From contig JBODTK010000014.1 of the NCBI GenBank assembly GCA_050613775.1, positions 1,364,001-1,428,000 of the forward strand: a DNA stretch of 64,000 bases. The letters are read 5' to 3'. The first letter of the stretch is position 1; each line of letters opens with the position of its first letter. This DNA is from Neocallimastix sp. 'constans' (taxonomy: Eukaryota). The translations under genes and the position numbers were made by a program. The notes beneath the pieces were generated by a model, which saw nothing but the letters and a program-made list of their open reading frames with translations, made no database searches and was not told the origin of the DNA. Of the stretch, positions 30,305 through 42,744 are shown piece by piece.

Positions 30305-30950
30305 GATATAGATATATAATACTTGCTTCATTCCATGAACTAGGAAATATTCTCTATTCCATTATTTTAGAGAGAAGATCTTCTGTAAACAATTTAAAAA
30401 CAGAAGCAGAATATTATTTTCTGAATTTTCGTCATCAGGAGGAATTAAAGCTTTATAAAAAATACAATAGAAATTCCATCTGGGCCTGAAGCTTTATAAT
30501 TTGAAGTAAGCTAATAGTATTTCTTTAATTTCTTCTATACTAATGTCCTTGATTGATTGATTCATATCCCATTCATTATGTTTCGTATCCCTGAATGGAT
30601 CATCAGAAAAGATATAAATTTCTTAGAAACAGCATCAATACTACTACTAATATCAGGATCTGGGATCACTTCCTCTAATACATTAAAATAGGTATTGTCA
30701 AAAATTGATTCTTTTTTTTTTCATTTATACAATTTAAATCTATCCCATTTAAATTTTTTTTTTTTTTTATAGGTAGAGAGAAAGAATTATCTGAATTATC
30801 TAATGAAAAACATTTACCCATTTATTAATAAAGACTTATGATCCAAAATAGGGGGAAAGTCAATAAAAGTACCATATGAAAGTAAATCTAACATATGATC
30901 ATTGACAATCGCATGGCCTATATCAGATTCTCTATCACCTCTACTCTATG
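28969..30950 (-). mobile_element. Degenerate non-LTR (LINE) reverse transcriptase remnant, copy 1
   Basis: Minus-strand fragments occur in RT order across frameshifts: ISIEEIKEIL, KASGPDGIS, DLSDDNNYRGISL, FGFRNK, EICQR, KAYDFVP, QACPRSPILF, LVLCAPSRTNL, YLGIPFDKSL. Confidence 0.85.
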
Positions 30951-31579
30951 AAATTATTTATTATTTATTATTTATTAATAAGTATTTATTTATTTATTAC
31001 TTATTTATTTATTTATTATTTATTATTTATTTACTTATTATTTATTTACTTATAATTCATTTATTTATTAATTATTATTTATTATTTATTTATTTATTAT
31101 TTATTTATTTATTATTTATTTATTTATTATTATTTATTATTTATTTATTACTCATTTATTTATTATTTATTATTTATTATTTATTATTTATTATTTATTA
31201 TTCAATTATTTATTAATTATTAATTATTAATTATTATTTATTATTTATTAATTATTATTTATTATTTATTATTTATTTATTTATTTATTATTTATTTATT
31301 TATTTATTTATGTATATATTAAAAAAAAAGTTTTATATATACATAAATTATATACAACATATACAATAGACATCTACATTTAAATAAAAAAAAATTTTTA
31401 TTTTTTTATTATTTATAATTTTCATTATTCATCTTTCTTTATTATTATTATTTTTTTTCCTTTTTTTCTTTTTTCCTTCCCCCTTTTTTTTCCTAATATA
31501 TTTCTTTTATAGTTATTTAGTAGGTACTTTAAAATACAAAATCTTATTTGGAGTAATGTTATAAAAAAGTAATTAGAAT

Positions 31580-31631
<52 letters not shown>

Positions 31632-31669
31632 TAAATTTTGTACATTTAAAATTTTATTTGAAATTATTA

Positions 31670-32229
31670 TTAATCATATCCATTATAAATCCATATTAAA
31701 GCCATAATATCTAGAAGGATGAAAAAAACTAAGAAGATAAATGATAAAAGTAGGAAAAAGTTTGATAAAACATTAATTAAGTTCTTTTTTTCTTTTAAAT
31801 CCTTCATTCTTTCTTTCTTAGCTTCATTTTTTAAGTAACAAAGGGGGAAAATGCCGGTTTGTTCAGTAATGTCGTTTTTACCATACGCTCTACCGTCGGG
31901 ATACACTTCAATAATATAAATACGATCTTTAACACGAAGGATGAGTTCTTCTTTTTCTTTAACACGAAGGGTGAGTTCTTCTCTTTCTTCTTCCTTTTTT
32001 TCCTTTTTTTTATTATTTCTTTACTTGGTTCATAGTTGGTACAAACCGTATAACATTTCCCAGCTGTATACCATGTTTTAGCTAGGAGGGAGGCTTCTTT
32101 GCACTTTATGTTTTCAATTAATATATCTTTAATTTCAAAGATGAAATATACTACGATAAACCCTATTATACAAATTACAATCCCTATACCAATGTATTGT
32201 AACATTCTATAAACTCTCCATAGATTCAT
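31670..32229 (-). CDS. TM-SH3-TM protein, copy 1 (1-bp frameshift in an A-run; 10-aa internal duplication)
   Basis: Two overlapping ORFs join into a paralog of 41585-42112 if one A is added at ~31995-32011. It carries the duplication EELTLRVK-EK-EELILRVK. Either a pseudogene or a sequencing error. Confidence 0.75.
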
Positions 32230-32317
32230 GTTATCCCCCCAAAGAAAAAAAAGTTAATGAAAATATAAGAAAAAAGAAAAAGAAATCTAAATGATATATA
32301 TATATATATATGTATTT

Positions 32318-32349
<32 letters not shown>

Positions 32350-34190
32350 GGCAATTCTAAATAATTGTGATTTACTGTTAATATATTTAATAAAATTTTG
32401 TTTATTAAGTTATATCTTAAAAACTATTTTCATTTCATTACTAATTTTTTTTTTTTTTCCCTTTTTATATTCCATTGAAATTATATTTTATTATTATAAA
32501 TAAAGTACTTATTCATATTTATATTCATATTCATATTCATATTATATATATATATTTATATATATAAATTTATATGTTATATTTGGCATATAAAAATTAA
32601 AAATTTGGTTTTAATATCTTAATCTTTATAATTAATAATTAATAATTAAATTAGATTTAATAATTTATTAATTATGATTATTTTTTAAATATACATGAAA
32701 TCCTATTTATTATATTATTATTATATTTATTATGTTGTTTATTATGTATTTACTTTGTTCGAATTCTAATGGCTTTTAAATACATTTATTTACATTGTTA
32801 TTACGTTAAAATAAAATAAAATAAATAATGAAGTTAGTGAATGAAGCATTAATAAAAATTAAAATTAAAATAAAATAAAAATAAAACTAATAATAAATTC
32901 TTATAAAAACTTATTTTTAAGTAAAAAGCATTTTAGTTTTTTGAAACAATTGACACAAATTTGTAATTGAAAAGAAAAATTTTTTTTATAAAGTTAAAAA
33001 AAAAATATATATATATATAAAATTAAGATCATCATTAACAACAACTACAGAAAAAAATAAAAAAAAAAAATAGTAGTATATTAGATGTTAAACACTTTTT
33101 TTTAAAATTTTAATTAATAAATAATTAAATAATAAATAATAAATAATTGAATAATTAAATAATAAATAATTAAAAATTGAATAATAATAAATAATAAATA
33201 ATAAATAATAAATAATAAATAATAAATAATAAATAATAAATAATAAATAATAAATAATAAATAATAAATAATAAATAATTGAATAATAAATAATAAATAA
33301 TTAAATAATAAATAATTGAATAATAAATAATTGAATAATAAATAATTGAATAATAGATAATTGAATAGTAAATAATTAAATAATTGAATAATTGAATAAT
33401 TGAATAATCAATAATCAATAATAAAAAAGTAAATAGTCATTTAATTATTTATTAATTTATGATTTACCATGAATGTTTTTTTTTTTAAAGTTGACACATG
33501 GTTATAAATTTGGTTATGAAAAAAAAAAGGTTAGAACCATTCAAGAAAAGATGTGATAATTTTTAATTTAATTATTTTAATTTAATTTATTTTTTTTTTT
33601 ATTCATATATATGTTAAGTAGAAAAAGAATTCTATATCTAAAATAATATGTATATATATTATATGTATAATTGTATAAAAATAATGTTTAATAAAAAAAA
33701 AGATAAAAAACGTAATTATAGAAAGAATAAGGAAAAGGGGAGAGAAAAAGATGAATTATCAAACAATTTCAATTTTTTTTTTTTTTTATTTATTCAATAA
33801 AATAAAAAAAAAAAAAAAAAAAAAAAAACCTGTTTTAATTTTTAATTTTATTTTTTATTTTTTTTTTTTTTTTATTTATATATATGATTATTTAATTATT
33901 TATTAATAAATATTCTTTTTAATTATATATTATTTATTATTTATAATTTATAGATTTATTATTTAACATTTATTAGTTAATAAAATACATGGAATAAAAA
34001 AAAAAAAAAAAAAAAAAAAAAGATAAAAGAATAAACATAAAAACACAAAATAATGATATAATATATTCTTGTTTCATTTAATCAATATGAATTCCTTTTA
34101 TTAAAATTAGAGTAAACGATTTGGTCAATAAATTATATCAATAAATTATATAAAAATTTTAGAATGCATTTTAACCTTTATTTTTTGTGA

Positions 34191-34242
<52 letters not shown>

Positions 34243-34253
34243 TAAATGGATAA

Positions 34254-35745
34254 TTAATTAATTATGTATTTACTATAATATATTTCAAAACAATTATTAA
34301 ATTTAGCATTTGATATTGATGAAATTGTATAATAAAATAGGTCGTGATATTCTTCCATCCATTCTTCCATGTCTTCAAAAACTCCTATGTCTCTTATTGT
34401 CCGTTCAAAACATAATTTGTTTTCTTTAAAATTATAGCTTAATGGAACATAATTATTTAATAATTCGGTTAAAGTATTTATAACAAATTTAGATTTATTG
34501 TTATAAATTAGAGATCCAATAACACAGCATCTTATAATTATAGTATAAAATTAATTATGTTCCATTGTCGTGTCATTTTCACTTTTATAAAGTATATATT
34601 CAGGATCTTTTAAAACTTTAGATAATTCATCATCATTTAAATATTTGTCTCTAAATATTTAAATTTATCTATTTCTTGATATGAATAATTATATTGCTCA
34701 TTAATTTTTTAAATGATATTTTTTTAATTCAAAATTAATTTTAAACAAATCTTTGTTTCCAAACCATAAGTCTTTATGTTTAATAAATTTATTTTCATGC
34801 AACTTATTTTTATTTAAAAGATATTCTTTAATATTAGTAATAGTGAAATTATTTATATTACTAGTAATTTTATACTCATCTAAAAAGGGTTTGCATTTCT
34901 CTAAAGCAGTATCAATCGAATCATCTGGATCCATATCTATTAATGTACTATCTCCACAAATGCTATTAATGAAATCTTCCATATTTTTTATCATCGCATT
35001 TGAAATATAAAGTATTAGGTTTATAAATTTTAGAAGAAATTTTTTTTTTATTAAATTTATAGGGTAAATCGGTTTTAAACGAAAAGGAGCTATACAATAA
35101 TCATATTTTATGTTTTTTTACAAATATTGATTAATATATATTCTAATGCTTTAATATCTTCTCCATATTTATTTTTCAAATAAGATGATACACCAATATA
35201 TCCTATATATTTAATAATATTTTTTAAATTAATATATTTTCTTTTTAAATAATATGCAATATAAAAAGTAATAAATATAAAATTACTATAAAATATTTCG
35301 TTACATTTAAAATAATCAAAAATTTTATAAGAAATATAATTGTATTTTAATAAACAATATAATGAAATATGTGAATATTCGTTTAAAAGTGTCAAAATGT
35401 AGGAATTATTATTATCATTAACTAACTTTTTAATAATATATTCATTTATTATTACTAACTGTCTATATTCATTTTTATTATATGTATTATTTTTACTTTC
35501 ATATCTTTCAAATTTTTCAATTAATCGATCATATTGTCTATCATTATATATTTTAAAATATTGCTTATACATTAAACTTATATCTACTACATACTCATGA
35601 TATTTTATTCTTTTATATAAATATAAAGGCTTATATAAATATTATTCCCTTTAAAAGAAAGATTATATAATATTTCAGGGTTACATGTTTTACTCCTTAA
35701 TTCTTTAAAAAATAATTCAGTATTGTTTTCTTTTTCTATATTCAT
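34254..35745 (-). pseudogene. Disrupted intronless gene of unknown function (~495 aa if repaired)
   Basis: ATG at 35745 (MNIEKENNTELFFKELRSKTCNPEIL). Protein-like frames continue through ORFs 35108-35572 and 34701-34994 to ...EDMEEWMEEYHDLFYYTISS...YSKYIIN* at 34254, with several frameshifts. Confidence 0.7.
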
Positions 35746-36253
35746 TGTTTAATAAAACTTTATAATTGCTTATTATTTAAATATTTCATTTTAAAAATTA
35801 AATAATATTTATATTTATATAAACATAAAAAATTTTAAATGAAAAATATTATTTAAAATTGACAAAGAAATATTATTAAATTTTTTATAATATGTTAAAA
35901 ATATAAAATATTTCGTAAAAAGCGAAATTATTGTATGTCAAATACTTTAATATGAGCTTAATTGAAAATTTTAATTTTTTGTAACTAATGTTTATTTAAG
36001 ATTTTTTTTAATAAACCTCTAATTTTTAATATGATTTTAATCATATATTATATTAAGATAAATAGTAGAATAAGTGTTAAATATATGAAACAGATTATAT
36101 ATATATAAATATAGATATTAGTAACGTAGCAAGACACGTTTCACATCCATGATTTAATACTTTAAGCAATATTTGAGGTATAAAATGATTTTTTTTTTTT
36201 TTTTTTAATTTTTAAAAATAAATCAAAAATAATATAAAATAAAAATAAATACC

Positions 36254-38799
36254 ATGAAAATATTAATATTATTTTAATTATTGATTATAGCCATCGGAGC
36301 CTATTGTAGCTCTCAAAATCATACTACGTCAAACATTTTAAATCAATTAATTGCGGCTATTGATGAATTATGTACCGTTGATCCTAATAGATGTGGTCCA
36401 AAATCAACTATAACTGGTTTTCCCATCAATGTAGTTATAGGTTTAGATGAATTAAATAATTATATTCAAGGATCAATTTATGATATTATTCCTGAATTAC
36501 GAAGACTCAGTAATAAGGAAGCCGATAATTTTTTTTAAGAATGAATTACTTCCTATTATTAAAGATGTAATTGAAGAATTAGGAATAAATATGTTTGAAA
36601 AGGAAATTATTGACGCAGAAGCTATTAATATTATTGAAAACATTTATATTAATCTTAGAAATAAAGATATAATTGCAGAGTTATTTGGATTCAAATACTG
36701 ACATAAGTATTTTCCCTTCATTATTCTCAGATAATTATGTTAAAAAATTGTATATTTATCCGAAAAATGGTAATGGTGGTGATTATATTAAAGAAATTAT
36801 GGAATATGTAAAAGATGCTTCAATGAATGATTTTCCATGAAAATAAAGGAAAAAAAAAATTATAGTAATAAAGAACATTTCGATGAAACAAGCTATATTA
36901 ATGAACCCATAGATTATATTAGTGAAGAAGATTTATCGGGAATATTTTTACAATGTAAAAATGACGATATATGTAAAAGTTATTTTACAAACCATCCAAG
37001 TTCTAAGACTTTCCATGTTAGTATTTTCAAAAGTATTATTCATGGCATTGAAAGATATCATTTATTAATAAATGATAGTTATAATAAAATTACAACTGCT
37101 CATCCAATTACGGTAAAAAAGAGTTTAAATAGTGAAGGAAAATATGAATATGAAGTGGATAAAGATTTTGCCCCAAAAGAAGTATATTTTTATAAACCTC
37201 TTCTTATTTTTAATACAAATATAAATAATCATGTAACTTCTTTAAATAATTTATTTACCGATACAAGTAACCATGGTAATATTAATATTATTAATAATTA
37301 TTTAAATGAATGCAATAGAATAAGAGGAAATTCAGTTATTAAAAATCTCAGTCCTGATGAAAAAGAACAAATTACTAATGCTAATACTATACTAAAACAA
37401 TGTATGTTTGATAAATTAGAAATTTATGCAAACGATAATAATTATGATTTAACACTTGAACAAAAATTAAGATTAGCTAATGATATAGCTTCTAAATTAA
37501 TTGATTTGTATAGAACAAAATCAAATAGTAATCCTAACCAAAATGTTTCATTTAGTAATAATGAAATTAATAATAATATAGAAATGGTATTAAATTCGGG
37601 ACAAACTGAATATAATCATCAAAATAATATTTTTGATTTTAATTTAATTAAAAAATTTGTTTTCAAAAAATCCATCATTAAATTCTGAAGATATTACAAA
37701 ATTATCAAGTATGTTAAAGGATGATGTTAGGTCTTCTAAATTAACTACATCAGAAATAGATAATTTTATTAATGATTTACAGAGACATATAAATTCCAAT
37801 CCTGGTATTAAATTTACAATTAATGCATCTAATCAAAATGTTGAGAAAGTTTTAAACGAAATATCAAACCGTTAAAAAATAAATACTATTTTTAAAGAAT
37901 TTATATGCTATGTCGTTTTGTTCAAATGATGAAACAAGAAGGAATATGGAAAGTATTCATAAATTTTTTGGAAGAAAAAATTATCATATTACCGATCCTT
38001 CAAATAAAGGTTATTTTGAAGATAAATCTTTAGCATTCAATATAAAAACAGGAGTCGTATTCAGGGATCTTAAAGTTAAAGGTAAAATATATATACCTTA
38101 AGCTGATGATATTAATTTAGGGACATTAATTACTGAATATAAAATGGAAGGATATCATTACAAAGATCCAGATACTAATGTTGCTGATTTAAATAGAATT
38201 AATAAAAATGGGGTTGGTAAATATATATTAGGGACAAGATGATGTAAACAATAAAGGGGTTGATGTATTAGGTCATTTAATTAGTGTAATGTCAGATGAT
38301 CAAAAAAATACAAATTTACCACAACAATTAGCAAATTTATATAATTATTTAACCATTAGTAATAATAATGATGGAACGAAAGAAATTACATGATTTTACA
38401 GATCCAAATTGTTGGGCTAATGAAATATAACAGTGCAATATAGTTGATATTTTTATTAATTCATATAACAATAGAAAAATATTCACTGAAATACTAAATT
38501 CATTAAAAAAAATGAGTATGATTATATTAAATTCAGATACGATAATGAACATGATGTTAATATAAGAGAAAATTTAAAATATGTTTTAGATAATTGTTTA
38601 GGAAAAGGTTTCACCCTAAAAGAGTTCACAAATAAAAATAATGTATTAGATAAAAGTTATTACAAATGAATTTAAAAATTATGTAGTAAATGCAATTAGT
38701 AATAATGTAACTAATGACTTAAATAAAATTATGCAAAGTGTGAATAGAGCTATTAGTCAATCCTATAATGTTCTTAGAAAGTCTAATGACTTATTATAA
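36254..38799 (+). pseudogene. Disrupted large secreted protein gene of unknown function (~850 aa if repaired)
   Basis: ATG at 36254 gives MKILILF*LLIIAIGAYCS, a signal peptide with an in-frame TAA at 36275. Consecutive ORFs start at 36281, 36480, 36837, 37657 and 37910, linked by frameshifts and stops. The 3' end is approximate. Confidence 0.7.
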
Positions 38800-39419
38800 A
38801 GTTTTGATTTAAAAAATAGATTATAAGTCAAAAATTATAATAACACTAAATAACACAAAAATGTTTTATAAACAAATAAGTTTTATTATATTTAGATTTT
38901 AAAATAATCTTTATTAATTATTAGTGTTATTAACAATAAATCGTTAATAACAATTACATCGATTAAAATACATGAAATTTGGTTAACTATTTATATTTTT
39001 ATCTTATTACATTTAGAATATATAATTCCTATTGAATTATATTATCTAACTATTTATTTAAAAACAATACTAACCTAAACTAATAATAAATAATTAACTA
39101 TTACTAAATAAAGAGAATTATAATTAATAACTAAAATAAATATAAACAATTTCAATCGAGCTCATTTATTATTTATTTATTATTTAAATATTATTAATAA
39201 ATTCTTATTATATTTTCTATTTAAAATTAATATAAAAGTTGTCATAATTATTTAATATGATTTTAGCATAAAATGCCGCAAGTTTCAACATGACTAATTG
39301 CATAGTTTCATGTTGTTAATTTATCTTGTAAAAAACCTTAACTCTTATTATTTAAATTAAATTACATAAAAAGAAATGATTTTCAATTACTAGTTTCACA
39401 AGAGAAATTTTTAATTTAT

Positions 39420-39975
39420 TAATATGATTGGGAAGAAGTCGAAGTTTTGTTTAAAATTATTTGCAATAATTTTATACACGTGATTTTTAATAGATTTATT
39501 TCAATTTTACTTAAATTTATGATTAAATTTAATTAAAATTTATAAAGATATTAATAATATCTTTACACTTATTAAATTATTTTGATAATTCTATTACCCC
39601 ACGTCTAAAATATAGCGAACAATACTTATCTATTACGAAAGATTTAAGTAAGTATGAAAATGAAAACATTGAAAATATTAATAATGACGCATTAAAAATG
39701 CATTTTTTAAAGGCAAAATATATTCACTCTTATATCGGATTTTTTTAATAATATTGTTAATGAAAATACGAAACCTGTATTCTTCAATTTTAGAAAAATT
39801 ACTGGGAATTATCTAAATCGTCCTTTAGAAAATAGTAACAACTCTATAAAGATTTATACATAAATACGTTAATGTTTACTGATGGTAATGGTATTTATGA
39901 ACATATTTTTGCAGTAAATATTCCAGGTATAATAAATGTTATTGGAATTAACGCAGCCCATTTATATCAATTAGA
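39420..39975 (+). pseudogene. Coding remnant of unknown function, truncated by the LINE fragment
   Basis: Open protein-like frame LNYFDNSITPRLKYSEQYLSITKDLSKY...KITGNYLNRPLENS. After a frameshift it continues DLYINTLMFTDGNGIYEHIFAVNIPGIINVIGINAAHLYQ. The start is uncertain. Confidence 0.55.
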
Positions 39976-40696
39976 TAATTTTCTTTTTATTTGAACTAAG
40001 TAAAGGTGCAAAGTAAGAGATTTTACTAAACACATAGGAGTTAATTATAATCTTCTTAAATGGAATGGGAGTTTTTGAATTTTAATGAAAATTACTAACA
40101 GAAAAGAGAGCCTTGGTGACTTTAGTATTTTAGTAATTTAATAATAGGGTTCAACGATAAGCTTTTATCAAACGGTATACCTAAATAAGTATAATATTGC
40201 TGGTCATCCCAATCCTAATATCTAAATATTAGGATTGGGATGACCAGCAAGATGAAAAATAGGATCTCTTTTATTTTGAAAAAAAGGAGGTGTTGAATCA
40301 CCATCGTTGCACACTTGTTACTTTCAAAATTCATCATATTAAATTTTAGTCCATTTATTTACCCTCTTAAGCAATTTTTTTTTTTAAATTAGTTCTTGAC
40401 GGTGCACAAAGAACAATATCATCTGTAAAAAGTCCACCACAACATCTTGATTCTATTAAAAGAATTCCTAGTTCTGAAAAATAATTAAAATTGTCATTAA
40501 TAAATAAATAGATTGAAAAGAATTGGTGAAAGTGGACAAGCTTGTCTAACTCTTTTCATAATATTAAAAAATTCCGAATATTGATCCGAAATTGGGGGAA
40601 AGTCAATAAAAGTACCATATTAAAGTAAATCTAACATATGATCATTGACAATCGCATGATCTATATCAGATTCCCTATTTACTCTACTCCATGAAA
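39975..40696 (-). mobile_element. LINE RT remnant, copy 2 (internally deleted)
   Basis: RCCGGLFTDDIVLCAPSRTNLKK (FADD-type catalytic motif), LGIPFDKSLSLNP and YFAPLLSSNK. Lacks the segment equal to ~29667-30838 of copy 1. Confidence 0.85.
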
Positions 40697-41261
40697 CTAT
40701 TTATAATTTATTATTCATTATTCAATTATTTATTATTTATTATTCAATTATTTATTATTTATTATTCAATTATTTACTATATATTATATATTATTTAATT
40801 ATTTATTATTTAATATTTATTTATTTAATATTTATTATTTATTAATTATTAATTATTAATTATTAATTATTATTTATTAATAAATATTTTTTTATTATTT
40901 ATTATTTATTATTTATTATTTATTATTTATTTATTATTTATTATTTATTATTCATTATTCAATTATTTATTATTTATTATTCAATTATTTATTATTTATT
41001 ATTCAATTATTTACTATATATTATATATTATTTAATTATTTATTATTTATTATTTATTATTTATTATTTATTATTTATTATTTATTATTTATTATTTATT
41101 ATTCATTATTTATTATTCATTATTTATTATTCAATTATTTTTTATTTATTATTTATTATTTATTATTTATTATTTATTATTTATTATTTATTTATTAATG
41201 TATATAATAAAAAAATTATATAAAACATATATACAATAGACATCTACATATGTATTAAAAT

Positions 41262-41304
<43 letters not shown>

Positions 41305-41360
41305 TTCATCTTTTCTTTATTATGATTAATTTTTATTTATTTATTTATTTTTTTTTATTT

Positions 41361-41395
<35 letters not shown>

Positions 41396-41584
41396 TCCTT
41401 TTTTCCTTTTTTCCTTCCCTCCTTTTTTTCTTAATATATTTCTTTTATAGTCATTTAATAGGTATTTTAAAAAATAAATTTTTTTTTTGAGTAAAGTTAT
41501 AAAAAAATAATTAGAATTATATATATATATATATATATATATTTTTTAAATTTTGAACATTTAAAATTTCAATTGAAATTATTA

Positions 41585-42112
41585 TTAATCATATCCATTA
41601 TAAATCCATATTAAAGCCATAATATATAGAGGGATGAAATAAAGTAAGAAAATAAATAAAAGTAATAGGAAAAAATTTGATAAAACATCAATTAAGATCT
41701 TTTTTACTTTTAAATCCTTCATTCTTTTATTCTTAACTTCATTTTTTAAATAAGAAAGGGGGAAAATGCCGGTTTGTTCAGTAATGACGTTTTTACCATA
41801 AGCTCTACCGTCGGAATATACTTCAATAATATGAATACGATCTTTAACACGAAGAGTAAGTTCTTCTCTTTCTTCTTCCTTTTTTTTTTTTTTTATTATT
41901 ATTTCTTCACTTGGCTCATAGTTGGTACAAACCGTATAACATTTTCCAGCTGTAAAACATTTTTTAGATAGGATGGAGGCTTCTTCAAGCTTTATGTTTT
42001 CAATTGACTTTTTTTTAATTTTAATGATGAAATGTACAACTATAAACACTATTAAGCATATTACAATCGCAACAATAGTGAGATACAACATTTCATAAGT
42101 TATGCTATTCAT
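41585..42112 (-). CDS. TM-SH3-TM protein, copy 2 (intact, 175 aa)
   Basis: N-terminal hydrophobic helix, an SH3 pattern (YTVCTNYEP...EELTLRVKDRIHIIEVYSDGRAYGKNVITEQTGIFPLSYL), then a C-terminal hydrophobic helix. Confidence 0.85.
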   Translation of the reverse strand: MNSITYEMLYLTIVAIVICLIVFIVVHFIIKIKKKSIENIKLEEASILSKKCFTAGKCYTVCTNYEPSEEIIIKKKKKEEEREELTLRVKDRIHIIEVYSDGRAYGKNVITEQTGIFPLSYLKNEVKNKRMKDLKVKKILIDVLSNFFLLLLFIFLLYFIPLYIMALIWIYNGYD

Positions 42113-42744
42113 TGATTCATACTATCCCAAAAAAAAAATATTAATGAAAATATAAGATAAAAGTAAAAGAAATCTAAATTATATATATATGTATATTTTT
42201 TTTTTCTTTTTAATTATAGCAATACTAAATATTGTGATTACTATTAATATATTTAATAAAATTTTGTTTGTTAATTTTTATTTTAAAAACTATTTTCATT
42301 TCATTACTACTTTTTTTATTTTATTCCATTGAAATTATATTTTATAATAAATAAAAGTATTCATTCATATTTATATTTATTTATTTATATATATAAATTT
42401 ATATGTATGGCATTAAAAAATTAAAAATTTGGTTTAATAATTAAATTTAATTTAATATTATTATTATTTTTTAATATACATGAAATCCCATTTATTATAT
42501 CATTATTATACATTTATTATATTAATTATTATGTGTTTATTATGTATTTGTGGTGTTCGAATTCTAATGGCTTTTAAATACATTTATTTACATCATTAAT
42601 ACGTAAAAATAAATAATGTAGTAGAGAAGAATGAAAGTATGAATAAAAATACAATAAATAAAAAAAAGTAATATAAAGGAATAATGATTTAATTAAAAAA
42701 TAAAATAAATAATGTTAATTAGAATAAAAGAGCTAAATTAAGGA

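Larger units (their letters stand above)
28969..33545. repeat. Segmental duplication unit, copy 1 (LINE remnant + TTA array + SH3 gene + upstream region)
   Basis: Shares sequence with 39975-42610 and 45360-48828, for example GATCATTGACAATCGCATG at 30897, 40640 and 45360. Confidence 0.9.
39975..42610. repeat. Segmental duplication unit, copy 2
   Basis: Colinear with copy 1 from the LINE remnant through GAATTCTAATGGCTTTTAAATACATT (~42560 vs 32761). Confidence 0.9.

Noticed and set aside
28969..30950. Multi-exon host gene with poly-T introns
   Set aside because: The fragments are colinear LINE RT motifs and the T-runs are expanded Lys codon tracts on the minus strand.
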